NCBI GenBank assembly: GCA_050287845.1
Contig: JBNKCR010000098.1
Span: 1 to 64,000, forward strand
From: Polyangia bacterium
Lineage (GTDB): Bacteria > Myxococcota_A > Polyangia > JAAYKL01
DNA: 64,000 nucleotides
Direction of reading: 5' to 3'
Both the position numbers and the translations under genes were made by a program. Under the pieces are notes generated by a model. It did not search any database. It was not told where the DNA came from and was given only the letters and a program-made list of their open reading frames with translations. Each line of letters opens with the position of its first letter. The stretch's first letter is position 1. Shown here piece after piece: positions 42,801 through 51,570 of the stretch.

Positions 42801-44304
42801 CCTCCACAAACTGATGCCACTCTATCAGACCACCAAACAGTGGCAGAACGTGGTTGAAACAGTGAATCGCGTCTGTGAGATGGAGGAAAATACCGAGAAG
42901 CTCGCCAGACTGTATTATACCATTGCGGTTATTTTCAGGGACGAAATCAAGAGTGCCGAAGACGCGGTTGAATATTTCAACAAATCCCTGGATGCCAGCA
43001 CTGAAAATCTCAAGGCGTTTGAAGCAATCGATAGGATTCTGACGCAGAAAAAGAGTTGGAAAGAGCTGGAACGCAATTATCGAAAGATGATTCATCGGAT
43101 TTCGGGCAAGGGTATGAAGGATGTTGAGATCAATCTCTGGCATTTCCTCGGAGAAATTTACAGAACGCGTATGGGACAGTTTGAAGCTTCGGCGGAAGCG
43201 TTCAAGATGGCATCCACCCTCGATCCCGAGAATGTGCTGCGTCACGAGATTCTGGCGGAACTGTATTCCCGTATGGATAACCGGTTGGAAGACGCTGTAA
43301 ATGAGCATATGGCCCTGATTGCCCAGAAACCGTACAAGGTCGATTCCTACAAGGCGTTGCGCAGACTGTATTTTGAGCATCGGCAGTACGACAAAGCATG
43401 GTGTCTGTGTGCCACGTTGGCGTTCCTGAAGAAAGCGGACGTGGAAGAACAACAGTTTTTCGATCAATATCGCACACGCGGTACAGTTCGCGCGCAGGCG
43501 CGGCTCGACAACGAACGCTGGGTGAAGGATCTGTTTCATTCGGACGAGTCGATATATATCGGCAAGATTTTCGAGTACGTCACCAATGCAGTGCGTTCGT
43601 TCAAGGTTCTGCCAATCAAGAATTATGGTTTGAAGAAAGGGCAGCGTCGTCCGGTGAATGATACGCTGACATTCTCCAAAACATTCTTTTATGCGGCACA
43701 GGTAATCAATCTTCCGGTAATTCCTGAACTGTATTTACAGGAAGATACCGCAGGCGGATTGAACTTTGCGATTACCGAGCCTGTTGCGTCCGCATGCGGA
43801 TCTACCCTGGCATCCGGATTTCAGCCCAATGAGTTGCTGTTCCTTGTTACCAAGCACCTGACGTACTATCGACCGGAGCATTACATCCGGTGGATATTGC
43901 CGTCACATACTGAGCTGAAGGCGTTGATGCTGGCCGCTATCAAGCTTGGTAGTCCTCAGGCGAAGATTCCGGACGATCCCGGTTTGACCGCATTGATGAA
44001 GCAGTTGAGCAATGCAATGAGTCCCATGGAAGTCGAAGGGCTGAGAAAAGTCGTCAGCAAGTTCCTCAAATCCGGCGAGCAGGCTGATTTGAAAAAATGG
44101 ATTCGAAGTCTTGAACTCACTGCCTGTCGTGCAGGATTCCTGCTGTGCAATGATCTGGAAACGGCAGCACGTATGATTCAGTCTGATTCAAGCTCTGTTG
44201 ACGACATTCCCCAGACGGATAAAATCAAGGAATTGGTTCTGTTCAGTGTATCCCCAGAATATTTCAGATTGCGGGAAGCATTGGGAATCGTTATCGGCGC
44301 ATAG
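33844..44304 (+). CDS. Giant (3486 aa) TPR-repeat protein resembling myxobacterial AgmK/GltI
   Basis: Dozens of AI..Y..IL..DP....AL..LE.LY.....W..L units; C-terminal YDKAWC...TACRAGFLLCNDL...ELVLFSVS.EY..LR..LGI; GAGGAG RBS. Confidence 0.85.
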   Translation: MTNNSGTENNTQVDVTEEEMEQLEDVSEAGQVDYSELDNIEASREVSSELQAAISAASAAEEEGVEQGIKAWQTEAWNADPGHPLVLEALERLYTENGKWSSLADFLKRMGRKVENRLKFVSTHMLLARIYDEQLNQDAMVVTTYQGILKKVPGYLPVLDAAIEKYESMERWPDLVKLLKVKGDSVVEREEQVEIWLRVANLFMNQFSNQAEAIKAFEKVLEADSEHPEAIDFLKEMYEKRRDWKKLIDMMELQAASLDDGSEKADALVEIARLAAERLKKPEICIARWEAVLEQDPENSEALNDLANFYERAREWEKLADVLESKVLLTADSAEQKDIYQKLSVVYGDKVNDDAKAIDVLKSLLEIDPEDRRAQEQLKKRYLALQAWEDLEMFYAETDKWDEFIRVLEREAGREELEVEAKVGLYFKIAELQRKKKERVDKAAAAYEEILKLDSSNLTAAEALIPIYEEAGNQPDRLAAVLEVELSHLADPEDAQALLQRISHLYEDEVGDADKAFAGFLQAFKDQPTDETCQEDLERTAGKAGRWEDVLAVYEKAYKKATGDSRIDLRIRMARVMNEELGRSEEALKHFDAILEEDPKNAKAVYALERIFAQMGRFEELLEIYARRIEMAEDDEERKEIFYNQALLWEEEIEDTGKAIDVYIKIIDMAGDELRSLAALDRLYARDENWEKVAETIERELAIGLDQVEDEIELKYRLGMVSSGHLNDSTRALECFREVLQVNPEHENAITALEAMLGDTEYQGDAAEILAPLYEGNAQWEQLVKATEILVATSDDAGEKYDLLMKIGGICGQQLESSEMAFDAYSRAFAVNPDYPDALEQMEAIAAMVDNWQAVVEIIASGANTTEDAENRKVLWLKAAQIYDTQLDSSESAVNAYRNTLKAEPQCGEAIEALENIYSREEKWNDLVEVLAIKVDAISDATEKLNIYRSMARIYEEMLENPEFSVRCMLEILNIDSANMDALQTLDRLFVVLEKWTDLADNLQQQLGLEAQPDRIIELKLRLAALRENQLDEISAAVDIYREVLEMDPLCDAAIEALERILDNPEFKSDVAEILEPLYRDRGDWQKLVAAIEIMIEAEETVGRRVELLHEISNLYENVGDDPDKAFETLGRALQEDPELTQTQDELERMARFLDAYDKLAEMYAAQVDVLEDPDVKAAYHLKIAGIFEDQLQDVERAVSHYREVLALDPMYIEAATALERAYQLNEDYESLANVYLKKAEMVDDVFEQKELLFKASQIYEEVLDNVDLAIDVYQRILEIDSDELRAINQLEGLFLRLERWDDLQSIYNQKVDLVSMPEEKKEVLYVLGAVYENELKDAARAITTYQRILEFDPDDFQSISRLDMLYSNAEEWEELLSILEREVELVDDPDEAVSFKYRIAELYVRQLDDVSRAIDYLKDILTISPDHDPATALLEELVQGDVEPMLAADVLEPLYQDLSEWWKLIGLIEVRLKHTEDEWQQVELLHRAAELLESDLHLDSPAEAFEMYARALRVEPANETTLTQLDSLAHTTGKWMDFAKILDEQIAHLEEDDSKVLLGLKVAAIYELKLDNGKEAISRYQQVLSVDGENREAVMSLDKLYQIGENWSELAAILQKETLLMDDPLDGLDVQFRLGQIYQQELEEVEKAVGVYREILSAEPGYDAAISALEFLFTEGHMRGEIVDILEPLLQMQGEWSKLVSLYERQLDVIEELEDRVSMYHRIAETVEEKLLDTVEAFNWYCRAFAEDPFDERSAIDVERLAAATESWSELADVYEELFGRYDDEQAKKLVAKKAARVSEEELQDSGRAERAYRACLELGDEDIDVLRALDRIYSQNMEWENLVSILDKISRVEDSIDEQVAYIFRRADVLETQLDEIEKARTAFHLIIDDLDAGHSDSLARLETIYANLEDWDSLYKIYEKMKDCATNEADQADLYAKMATLAAECLDNIPRAIELWEAVLDTLGEDTNALESLGDLYARQENWDELVEVLERAVSIADDDDARVRIYSQLGMVWGECLDRDRTALENWQNVLSIEPDNIRALQAIAGIYESNKEWEDLIESLERVIEIGVTVFEAEEIKSYYAKLGKILAEIVERPFDAIDAWRRSMDIDPSDLNTLESLEALYKQEEQWSELVDILGRKAELLEGDVQVETLLEQASIMEDSLMQPLAAKEPYMRILSVTPMHDRAFERTAEILTEEEAYDDLIQLYSARLEQTVDADEQIVLLHKAAVIYEENLDQAENAFLVMQRAFEIDYSNDATGDHLERLASETGKWQELLGGCNQILAATGDTKIQIDLCLKIGKWYSAIGNPEYAIQYYQQVLTLDANNVPALRLMGELYRGAKQWNELVEVLRKAVSCEDNPDKKKIILVDLGEIYLEYMKDMPDARRVYKEALEIDPALEPALLALERLFKSTENWEELIPILRRKISVLDETETESIIRTRQRIAEIYEENLNELTRATEEYRANLDIDSGHIPSLKGLERLYEKRELWQDLVDVLEIQLDYAVTEGERIELLLRLAEMLEKEFRKPEKAIERLEEVVNIDPTEIRALKALERLYRIVQKWDELVDILEKQVDVTHERVDRVPIFESMGKVFSHELKDIDRAMDAYTQILDIDPENIDALDNLAKIQVKAEDWVSAHDTLNRLANTVEDEARQVDLYFRLGELNEAQLMDRGAAVEHFHSALDIDPGHLETLAALCAIHIDEGEWLAACETLEAQQEHTENRRQKSRLQYQLGELYRDKLNDDESGIAWFEKALESNADNQDAAEPLVDVYIEAGRYDDAERLLDMLVRLGSKRPAEEMQPLQTKLGRVADKLGNLDKALKAYQVAYDFDTQNLSALLNLADCLYRSEQWDKAFKLYQMVLVHHRDDRSKDEIVDIFYRLGNIKAQVKERRKALNMFDKALEIDSGHVPTLEAVIQLQEEQKNFEQVIHFKKILIDSVDSPEKQFSLYEEVGDIWQSKLKNPQKAISAYEEACHIDPDNRPILHKLMPLYQTTKQWQNVVETVNRVCEMEENTEKLARLYYTIAVIFRDEIKSAEDAVEYFNKSLDASTENLKAFEAIDRILTQKKSWKELERNYRKMIHRISGKGMKDVEINLWHFLGEIYRTRMGQFEASAEAFKMASTLDPENVLRHEILAELYSRMDNRLEDAVNEHMALIAQKPYKVDSYKALRRLYFEHRQYDKAWCLCATLAFLKKADVEEQQFFDQYRTRGTVRAQARLDNERWVKDLFHSDESIYIGKIFEYVTNAVRSFKVLPIKNYGLKKGQRRPVNDTLTFSKTFFYAAQVINLPVIPELYLQEDTAGGLNFAITEPVASACGSTLASGFQPNELLFLVTKHLTYYRPEHYIRWILPSHTELKALMLAAIKLGSPQAKIPDDPGLTALMKQLSNAMSPMEVEGLRKVVSKFLKSGEQADLKKWIRSLELTACRAGFLLCNDLETAARMIQSDSSSVDDIPQTDKIKELVLFSVSPEYFRLREALGIVIGA

Positions 44305-44330
44305 AAAACGACTTGAACAATGAAATACTG

Positions 44331-44372
44331 ACCCCGAAGGGTTTATATCCTTTCGGGGTTTTGTATTTGCGA
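44331..44372 (+). terminator. Rho-independent terminator
   Basis: ACCCCGAAGGG-loop-CCTTTCGGGGT followed by TTT. Confidence 0.75.
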
Positions 44373-44409
44373 TGTTCTGAGAACTGTTGGACAGGGAGCA
44401 GCTTTATTT

Positions 44410-45831
44410 ATGACAGATGTGAAAACCATAAAGGTGGACCTCGTGGTACTGGGAGGCGGCCCCGGTGGATATACCGCAGCGTTTCGCGCAGCGGACCTCG
44501 GGTTGAAGACCGTCATTGTCGAGAGATATAACGTGTTGGGCGGTGTCTGCCTGAACGTGGGGTGTGTACCATCCAAAGCCCTGTTGCACGCAACATCTCT
44601 GGTGGACAGCGTACATCAGTTCCATGAAAAGAGCATTTTCGACAACATCGTTTCGGTGAATGTGGATGGTCTGAGATCGTGGAAGGACAATGTGGTCCAG
44701 ACGCTCAACAGTGGACTCGCGGTATTGGCCAAAAAGCGCGGGATAGAGATTGTTTTCGGTGTGGGCAGGTTTCGTGCGACCAACGAGTTGATGGTGGATG
44801 CCGCCGGACAGTTGGTTAATATTCAATTCACGAGCGCCATCATTGCAACCGGCTCACATTCGATTCAACTGCCGGATGTCCCCGCGAATGATGCTGTCTG
44901 GAATTCAACTGACGCACTTCAGCTTCCTACTGTACCGAACCGGCTGCTGGTGGTTGGTGGCGGTGTAATCGGTCTTGAAATGGCAACGGTGTATCAGCGA
45001 CTGGGGAGCCAGGTAACGGTCGTGGAGTTGTCTGACACCATTCTTCCAGGAATAGATAAAAGCACCGTCCGACCACTTCTCTCTGCTCTGAAAAAGAAAT
45101 GCACCATGCACTTGTCCAGTAAGGTCACCCATGTTGTGCGAAACGGGAATACGCTGCGTGTGACAGTGGAAGGCCGCCGAGGAGCCATTGAATTGGATGT
45201 GGATGCCATGCTGATTGCCGTTGGACGCAGACCCAACACGACAGATATTGGACTGGAGAAAATGGGCGTCTCGCTGAACGGACAGGGATTCATACCGGTG
45301 GATGTGATGCAAAGAACAAATTTGCCACATGTGTTCGCCATTGGAGATGTGACGCCGGGACCGATGCTGGCGCATCGCGCATCCGCCGAAGGCAGAGTTG
45401 CGGCAGAAGTCGCTTCGGGAATGGCTTCCAGACGGTTGTACGCGGCGATTCCCCAGGTGGCATATACGAGTCCGGAAGTGGCGACGGTGGGGATGAGCGA
45501 GAAACAGGCTGAAGAATCCGGGGTGGAGATTGATACCGGTAAATTTCCCTTTGCGGCAAATGCCCGGGCGATGACGCTGGATGAAGCGGTGGGATTTGTG
45601 AAAATCATTTTTGAGAAGCGTTCGGGGGTGGTTGTCGGTGCGGAGGTGGTTGGTCCCAACGCGGGCGAATTGATCGTGGAGGCGACACTGGCGGTGCAGA
45701 ACAGGATGACCGTTCATCAACTGACCCAGACTGTGCATCCGCATCCGGGGCTTTCTGAGAGCGTGGTGATGGCAGCCGAAGTCTTTGAAGGTACTGTGAC
45801 CGATCTGTTTATTCCGCGAAAGGTCCGATAA
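44410..45831 (+). CDS. lpdA: Dihydrolipoamide dehydrogenase
   Basis: GGGPGGY, GGVCLNVGCVPSK, GGGVIGLE and HPHP.LSE. Confidence 0.95.
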   Translation: MTDVKTIKVDLVVLGGGPGGYTAAFRAADLGLKTVIVERYNVLGGVCLNVGCVPSKALLHATSLVDSVHQFHEKSIFDNIVSVNVDGLRSWKDNVVQTLNSGLAVLAKKRGIEIVFGVGRFRATNELMVDAAGQLVNIQFTSAIIATGSHSIQLPDVPANDAVWNSTDALQLPTVPNRLLVVGGGVIGLEMATVYQRLGSQVTVVELSDTILPGIDKSTVRPLLSALKKKCTMHLSSKVTHVVRNGNTLRVTVEGRRGAIELDVDAMLIAVGRRPNTTDIGLEKMGVSLNGQGFIPVDVMQRTNLPHVFAIGDVTPGPMLAHRASAEGRVAAEVASGMASRRLYAAIPQVAYTSPEVATVGMSEKQAEESGVEIDTGKFPFAANARAMTLDEAVGFVKIIFEKRSGVVVGAEVVGPNAGELIVEATLAVQNRMTVHQLTQTVHPHPGLSESVVMAAEVFEGTVTDLFIPRKVR

Positions 45832-45861
45832 TCAATCCGTTGTCAGAGCATATCGTCGGTT

Positions 45862-45892
45862 TGGAAGACGGCGGGAATCGAACCCGGAATCC
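45862..45892 (-). other. Degenerate tmRNA/tRNA 3'-end fragment (T-arm plus acceptor strand)
   Basis: Minus strand GGATTCCGGGTTCGATTCCCGCCGTCTTCCA; no 5' half present. Confidence 0.55.
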
Positions 45893-45903
45893 GCTTCGAT
45901 TTA

Positions 45904-46401
45904 CTACGGACACCCTTCCGGTTTTTTATCCGCGACGATGACGTATGTATGGTCAATATCCACATCAACGCCCCACTGGTCGTGAAACTGTTTTTTCATG
46001 GACAACTGCAGGGGTCTCTCAAGATACTTCCAGAGCAGCATTGTGCCGGTAAACTCCGATTTTAAAGTTGGTTTTTCACCGACTCCGAGCGAGGCCATAT
46101 AGAAGAGCCGGCCTTTGGCCCCCATGATTTTGGTAGCATAGTAAATCTGTCCGGTCTTCATATCCTTCCACACCAGTGTTTTGGGGTTTGACAGCCCCTG
46201 GACTGTGGCAAACTGATTGTTTGGCAATGGTTTTTCCACGGCATCGGATGCTTCTCCCAGATCAATCAATTCGCACATATGATCGTGGACCGGAGGCGCT
46301 GGAGATAGCTGTTCCTGTTCGTCCCTGTCTTTTCCACTACATCCGATAAAAATGAGTAAAAACGCAAAAGAAATAAAAAGAAACGGTAGAATTTTCGGCA
46401 T
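45904..46401 (-). CDS. Hypothetical lipoprotein
   Basis: Lipobox FIGC; AAGGGG RBS; 165 aa. Confidence 0.75.
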   Translation of the reverse strand: MPKILPFLFISFAFLLIFIGCSGKDRDEQEQLSPAPPVHDHMCELIDLGEASDAVEKPLPNNQFATVQGLSNPKTLVWKDMKTGQIYYATKIMGAKGRLFYMASLGVGEKPTLKSEFTGTMLLWKYLERPLQLSMKKQFHDQWGVDVDIDHTYVIVADKKPEGCP

Positions 46402-46647
46402 TTGCTGACCCCTTCGAAAATTTGTAATTAATTAGGATTTTAATTCTTGACAACATATTATCCAGGAATTAGAAAACTGTTCAAACTTTTTCACACCGGT
46501 TGCTTATTACCAAGACAACATACAAACATAACTGAAGCAGCCCGTAACACATTTACAAACGTTAAGGACATCCGTTCATAAATAACTGTCAATCCAACAT
46601 CGCAATTAAGCGATCACACTAAAAAAACATAAAACGAGAGGAAACAA

Positions 46648-47898
46648 ATGCATCTTAGGGATCTGAAGAACAAACCCGTCTCAGAGTTGGCGCAAATGGC
46701 TACGGAACTGGGCATTGACGGCGTTGCCGGCATGCGGAAACAGGAGCTGATTTTTCAGCTGCTACAGACTGAATCAGAGCGAGATGGTTCAATTACCGGA
46801 GAGGGCGTATTGGAAGTGTTGCCGGATGGTTTCGGTTTTCTCCGTGCTCCTGATTACAACTATCTGCCGGGTCCGGATGACATCTATGTTTCTCCTTCGC
46901 AAATCAGAAGATTTACGCTTCGCACCGGGGACATCGTTTCGGGTAATATCCGTCCGCCGAAAGAGTCTGAGCGCTATTTCGCGTTGTTAAAAGTTGAAAA
47001 AATTAACGGTGAGCCGCCAGAAGTGGCACAGACCAAAATTCTGTTCGACAACTTGACGCCGCTTTATCCGGACACACGCTTTCAGTTGGAAACACCTGAG
47101 ACTCCCAATGATTCCACAAGAATTATTGATTTGCTGTGTCCCATCGGAAAAGGTCAGCGTTGTCTGATTGTTTCTCCCCCCCGCGCCGGTAAAACCGTAC
47201 TTCTCCAGCAGATAGCCAATGCCATCTCTGCGAATCATCCTGACGCAAAGTTGCATGTACTGCTCATTGATGAGCGTCCTGAAGAGGTAACTGACATGGC
47301 ACGGAATGTGGACGGCGAAGTCGTCAGCTCCACATTTGACGAACCGGCGCAGCGCCACGTGCAGGTTGCAGAAATGGTGATTGAAAAAGCCAAACGACTC
47401 GTTGAGCACAACGAGGACGTGGTAATTCTACTCGACTCCATCACTCGTCTGGCACGTGCGTATAACACAGTCGTTCCGCCCTCCGGAAAAATCCTTTCCG
47501 GTGGTGTGGACTCCAACGCACTTCATAAACCGAAGAGATTTTTCGGCGCAGCGAGAAACATTGAGGGCGGCGGAAGTCTGACCATTATCGCAACGGCTCT
47601 GGTAGATACCGGGTCCCGAATGGATGAGGTTATTTTCGAAGAGTTCAAAGGCACGGGTAACAGCGAAATTCATCTGGATCGCAAATTGATGGAAAAGCGT
47701 ATTTTCCCCTGCATGGACATCAATCGCTCTTCGACACGTAAAGAGGAATTATTGCTTGAAGAATTCATCCTTCAGCGTGTATGGTTGCTGCGGCAATTGC
47801 TCCACCCACTGAATGTGATTGATTCTATGGAGTTTTTGTTGGATAAGTTGCGTCGAACCTCGACCAACCAGGAATTCCTGGAGTCGATGAATCAATAA
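46648..47898 (+). CDS. rho: Transcription termination factor Rho
   Basis: [38 protein letters not shown] and EFKGTGN. Confidence 0.99.
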   Translation: MHLRDLKNKPVSELAQMATELGIDGVAGMRKQELIFQLLQTESERDGSITGEGVLEVLPDGFGFLRAPDYNYLPGPDDIYVSPSQIRRFTLRTGDIVSGNIRPPKESERYFALLKVEKINGEPPEVAQTKILFDNLTPLYPDTRFQLETPETPNDSTRIIDLLCPIGKGQRCLIVSPPRAGKTVLLQQIANAISANHPDAKLHVLLIDERPEEVTDMARNVDGEVVSSTFDEPAQRHVQVAEMVIEKAKRLVEHNEDVVILLDSITRLARAYNTVVPPSGKILSGGVDSNALHKPKRFFGAARNIEGGGSLTIIATALVDTGSRMDEVIFEEFKGTGNSEIHLDRKLMEKRIFPCMDINRSSTRKEELLLEEFILQRVWLLRQLLHPLNVIDSMEFLLDKLRRTSTNQEFLESMNQ

Positions 47899-47963
47899 TC
47901 AGAAGCAGGCACCAAATCGCCGGGCTACAAATATGCGTCCGGTGGGTGCCATAGAGGTAGAAT

Positions 47964-48185
47964 ATGAGAGAAGGAATACATCCGAATTACAAAGAGGTAA
48001 CGGTTACCTGTGCATGTGGTGCCACAATTCAGACCCGCTCCACAAAAGCGGAAGATTTCGCCGTTGAGATCTGTTCTGAATGTCATCCATTTTTTACCGG
48101 TAAACAGAAATTGGTTGACTCCGCCGGACGTATCGAACGTTTCCGTAGAAAATACGGAGATAACGCAACCAAACTCGGTAAATAA
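47964..48185 (+). CDS. rpmE: 50S ribosomal protein L31 (zinc-binding type)
   Basis: GIHPNY, CACG and [13 protein letters not shown]. Confidence 0.98.
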   Translation: MREGIHPNYKEVTVTCACGATIQTRSTKAEDFAVEICSECHPFFTGKQKLVDSAGRIERFRRKYGDNATKLGK

Positions 48186-48287
48186 TCCCCATTTTTGTTC
48201 TGTTTGGTTATATTAAATCCTGTCGTTGTTGGTTTTCGTTTTTAAGAGCGTGCTCGGCGTTCGATTTGGACGAACGATATGGAGTAA

Positions 48288-49354
48288 TGATGAATAATTC
48301 TGTACCAGTAGGCGGACAAGCGGTAATCGAAGGCGTTATGATGCGGTCCCCGAACAGTTTGGCTGTTGCCGTTCGCAGACCTGATAAGGAAATTGTAATC
48401 AAAGAAGCGGTATGGCGTTCCATCTGGAATAAATTTAAATTTCTCAGATGGCCCTTTTTCCGTGGAACTGTTGTGATGATCGAAGCCATGATCAATGGCA
48501 TTCAGGCCCTGAACTTCTCTGCAAAGGAAGCAATGCCCCCTGAAGAAGATGAGCAGACGTCCATCCGTGAGGGCGCAGATGGCAAGACTTCCAAAGAGAG
48601 CGACTGGTTGCTCATGGCGCTGCCAATGATGCTGAGTATCGTGGTGGCCATCGGGTTGTTTAAATTTGTACCGCACATGGCAGCCACATACGCCGGTAAA
48701 CTGTTTACCGGTAGTGCGTGGACGGTTGATGATTTAAGCTACCATTTTGTTGATGGGGCCGTAAAAGTGGTGCTGTTTGTCGCGTATGTGGCAGGAATCA
48801 GCATGCTTAAAGATATTCGCCGCGTGTTCATGTACCACGGTGCAGAACACAAAGCCATATATACCTATGAGGCAGGGGAACCGCTTATCGTGGAAAATGC
48901 CCGGACGAAAACACGGTTGCATCCCCGCTGTGGCACATCATTTCTGATGGTTGTTATTCTTGTGTTTATCGTTGTTTCCGCAATCATTCTGCCGTTCCTG
49001 CCGGAATGGATAAAGCCGGGAGAGGGAAAACCGTTTTACAATCATTTGCTGCTGGTTCTGGCAAAGTTGCCGCTGCTGATTCCAGTGGCTGGGATTTCGT
49101 ACGAGTTCAACCGCTTTGCGGGAAAACACTGCAATTTTGCTTTGATTAAACCACTGATGTGGCCCGGGCTCGCCATGCAGCTGATTACAACAAAAGAGCC
49201 TACCGATGATCAGTTGGAAATCGCGCTGGCGGCTCTGCGCACCTCTCTCTGGCGGGAACGTGTCGGTCACTCGGATGAAACAGTGAGCGAGGAACTGCTG
49301 GTATTCTCCGACTTCCAGGCATTCGAAAGCGCATCCGCCAATTTACGCGCATAA
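48288..49354 (+). CDS. DUF1385 (YqhQ-like) membrane protein
   Basis: VGGQAVIEGVMMR, YHGAEHK, HPRCGTSF and TTKEP. Confidence 0.93.
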
Positions 49355-49381
49355 CTTCAGAATTTATATAGGTTTGGTTGT

Positions 49382-50458
49382 ATGTTTTTTGACAAGCTGG
49401 CTAGAGTAGAAGAGCGATTTGAAGAAATCGAACAGAAATTATGCGACCCGGAGATTATCTCTGATCGGTCAATGTTTACCCGGTTGTCGAGAGAGCGTGC
49501 TGAGATTGAAGATATTGTTCCGGTGTTTCGAAAGTACAAGAAAGTGCTTTCTGATTTGGAGGAATGCAAAGAGTCTCTGGACGCCGACGATGCCGAACTG
49601 GAAGAGCTGGCTCGCCTTGAACTACCCGAACTGAATGAGAAAAAGCAGGAACTTGAAAACGAACTTCAGATTCTACTTCTGCCGAAAGATCCCAACGATG
49701 CAAAGAATATTATTCTGGAGGTGCGCGCCGGCACCGGCGGTGATGAAGCAGCGCTTTTTGCTGCGGACCTGTTCAGAATGTATTCACGCTTTTCTGAGAT
49801 CAAGGGGTGGAAGGTCGAGATTATGAGTTCGTCCGCGACGGATGCCGGCGGGTTCAAGGAAGTGATTGCGTCCATTGCCGGCAAGCAGGTTTTTTCTACA
49901 CTGAAGTACGAAAGCGGCGTTCACAGAGTGCAGCGGGTTCCCGTCACCGAGAGTCAGGGGCGGGTCCATACTTCGGCGTGCACTGTTGCTGTACTGCCCG
50001 AAGCTGAAGAAGTTGAATTGGAAATCAGTGATAAGGAGTTGCGAATTGACGTGATGCGCGCTGGTGGTCCCGGAGGCCAGAGCGTGAACACTACGGATTC
50101 CGCTGTCCGTATCACACATATTCCAACCGGAATGATTGTGATTTGCCAGGATGAAAAATCGCAGCATAAAAATAAGGCCAAAGCAATGACAGTATTGCGC
50201 GCGCGGCTGTTCGATAAACTGCAGTCCGAGGCGGATGCAGAACGCGCGGCCAACCGGAGAAATCAGGTGGGTAGCGGTGATCGCAGTCAGCGTATCAGAA
50301 CATACAATTTTCCCCAGGGACGTATTACGGACCATCGCGCGGGATTGACGGTTCATAAACTCGATGCCATTTTAGAAGGTGAGCTTGCTGGGTTTCTGGA
50401 TTCCGTTGCAGCATACTTCCAGGCAGAAGCGCTCCGCGAACATAGCGAACAAACCTGA
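49382..50458 (+). CDS. prfA: Peptide chain release factor 1
   Basis: RVPVTE (PxT), GGQ and [11 protein letters not shown]. Confidence 0.98.
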   Translation: MFFDKLARVEERFEEIEQKLCDPEIISDRSMFTRLSRERAEIEDIVPVFRKYKKVLSDLEECKESLDADDAELEELARLELPELNEKKQELENELQILLLPKDPNDAKNIILEVRAGTGGDEAALFAADLFRMYSRFSEIKGWKVEIMSSSATDAGGFKEVIASIAGKQVFSTLKYESGVHRVQRVPVTESQGRVHTSACTVAVLPEAEEVELEISDKELRIDVMRAGGPGGQSVNTTDSAVRITHIPTGMIVICQDEKSQHKNKAKAMTVLRARLFDKLQSEADAERAANRRNQVGSGDRSQRIRTYNFPQGRITDHRAGLTVHKLDAILEGELAGFLDSVAAYFQAEALREHSEQT

Positions 50459-50635
50459 TATTCACCACTCCATCAGTAAAAAATGTGTGATGGCATGCGG
50501 AGATGAACTTCGCCGTGGTTTGCTCATATTTGGGGAATGACTCGAATTATTTGAAGTGATCTGTTGCGTACCGGTGTTTCCGTCGCCCGCTGCGATTTCT
50601 TGCAATGGAATCTGGTGGAATGCTGGGTTTCGGAC

Positions 50636-50824
50636 TCAGGCGCGGTCGTAGAAGATGATGATGGACAGACAGTGGAACTCGCTGTCGGAGCTCTGCTTCA
50701 CTTCTGTGGAATTTATTTTGATCCCCGGATTCTCATCAATCCACCGTGTTATTTCCTCACCAAGTTCGCTACGCTCTCTCGCTTTGGTAGCGGAAAAAAC
50801 TTTAATTGCGTTGTACTGTGCCAT
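50636..50824 (-). CDS. Small conserved myxobacterial-type hypothetical protein (62 aa)
   Basis: KVFSATKARER.ELGE.IT.WI...QSSD.EFHCL.I; AAAGGA RBS. Confidence 0.8.
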   Translation of the reverse strand: MAQYNAIKVFSATKARERSELGEEITRWIDENPGIKINSTEVKQSSDSEFHCLSIIIFYDRA

Positions 50825-51218
50825 TTCCGACGTCCTTTCCTAACTGATGACTCCATTGTCATAGAAACAGCTCTTATTTAATTTCTATCTGACGAAAATG
50901 CAATGAAAAAGAAAATGAAAAAGAAGTTGTATTTTTGTTTGTGTAGTTGTTGAAATGACTGTGATTTGAATACGTGCCAGCTCCCACTGAAATTGCTGAA
51001 TTGTAGTACGAATAGCGGAATCCTCACTACTGATACATCATGCAGCATCGCGAATCCGCATAGCACAGGGTCATATTTGAGCAACGGTATTTGCGAAGAT
51101 CTGATGCGGCATTGGTGTGGCTCTGGTGAGAGTTGGAACGTTGAATTTGCAGAAGAGGAAATGATGCCTCTCCTGGCAATGGCGCGATTAACTGAATCAG
51201 CGAAACGAAAGGACTCTT

Positions 51219-51566
51219 ATGACGAGTAGAGACTGCATCTTCTGCAAAATTGTTAATGGTCAGATCCCTTGCACCAAGCTCTACGAGGATGACAGCGTGT
51301 TGGCATTTGAAGATATTCATCCGATTGCGCCAACCCATTTTCTCATTATCCCTAAAGAGCATATTCCAACTCTCGACGACGTGGAAGTCCATCACGCAGA
51401 AACATTGGGGCATATGATGTTCGTCGCAACACAACTCGCCAGAGAAAAAGGAATTGGCGGCACCGGATACAGGGAGGTGATAAACTGCAGAGAGTCCTCG
51501 GGACAGGTGGTTTTTCATCTTCATATGCACATTATCGGTGGACGTACCATGGAGAAGATGGGGTAG
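51219..51566 (+). CDS. Histidine triad (HinT-like) nucleotide-binding protein
   Basis: DCIFCKI and GQVVFHLHMHIIGG. Confidence 0.95.
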   Translation: MTSRDCIFCKIVNGQIPCTKLYEDDSVLAFEDIHPIAPTHFLIIPKEHIPTLDDVEVHHAETLGHMMFVATQLAREKGIGGTGYREVINCRESSGQVVFHLHMHIIGGRTMEKMG

Positions 51567-51570
51567 AGAT

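Noticed and set aside
45862..45935. Intact tRNA gene
   Set aside because: Only a T-arm and 3' strand are present; the rest would fall inside a CDS and no D or anticodon arm is visible.
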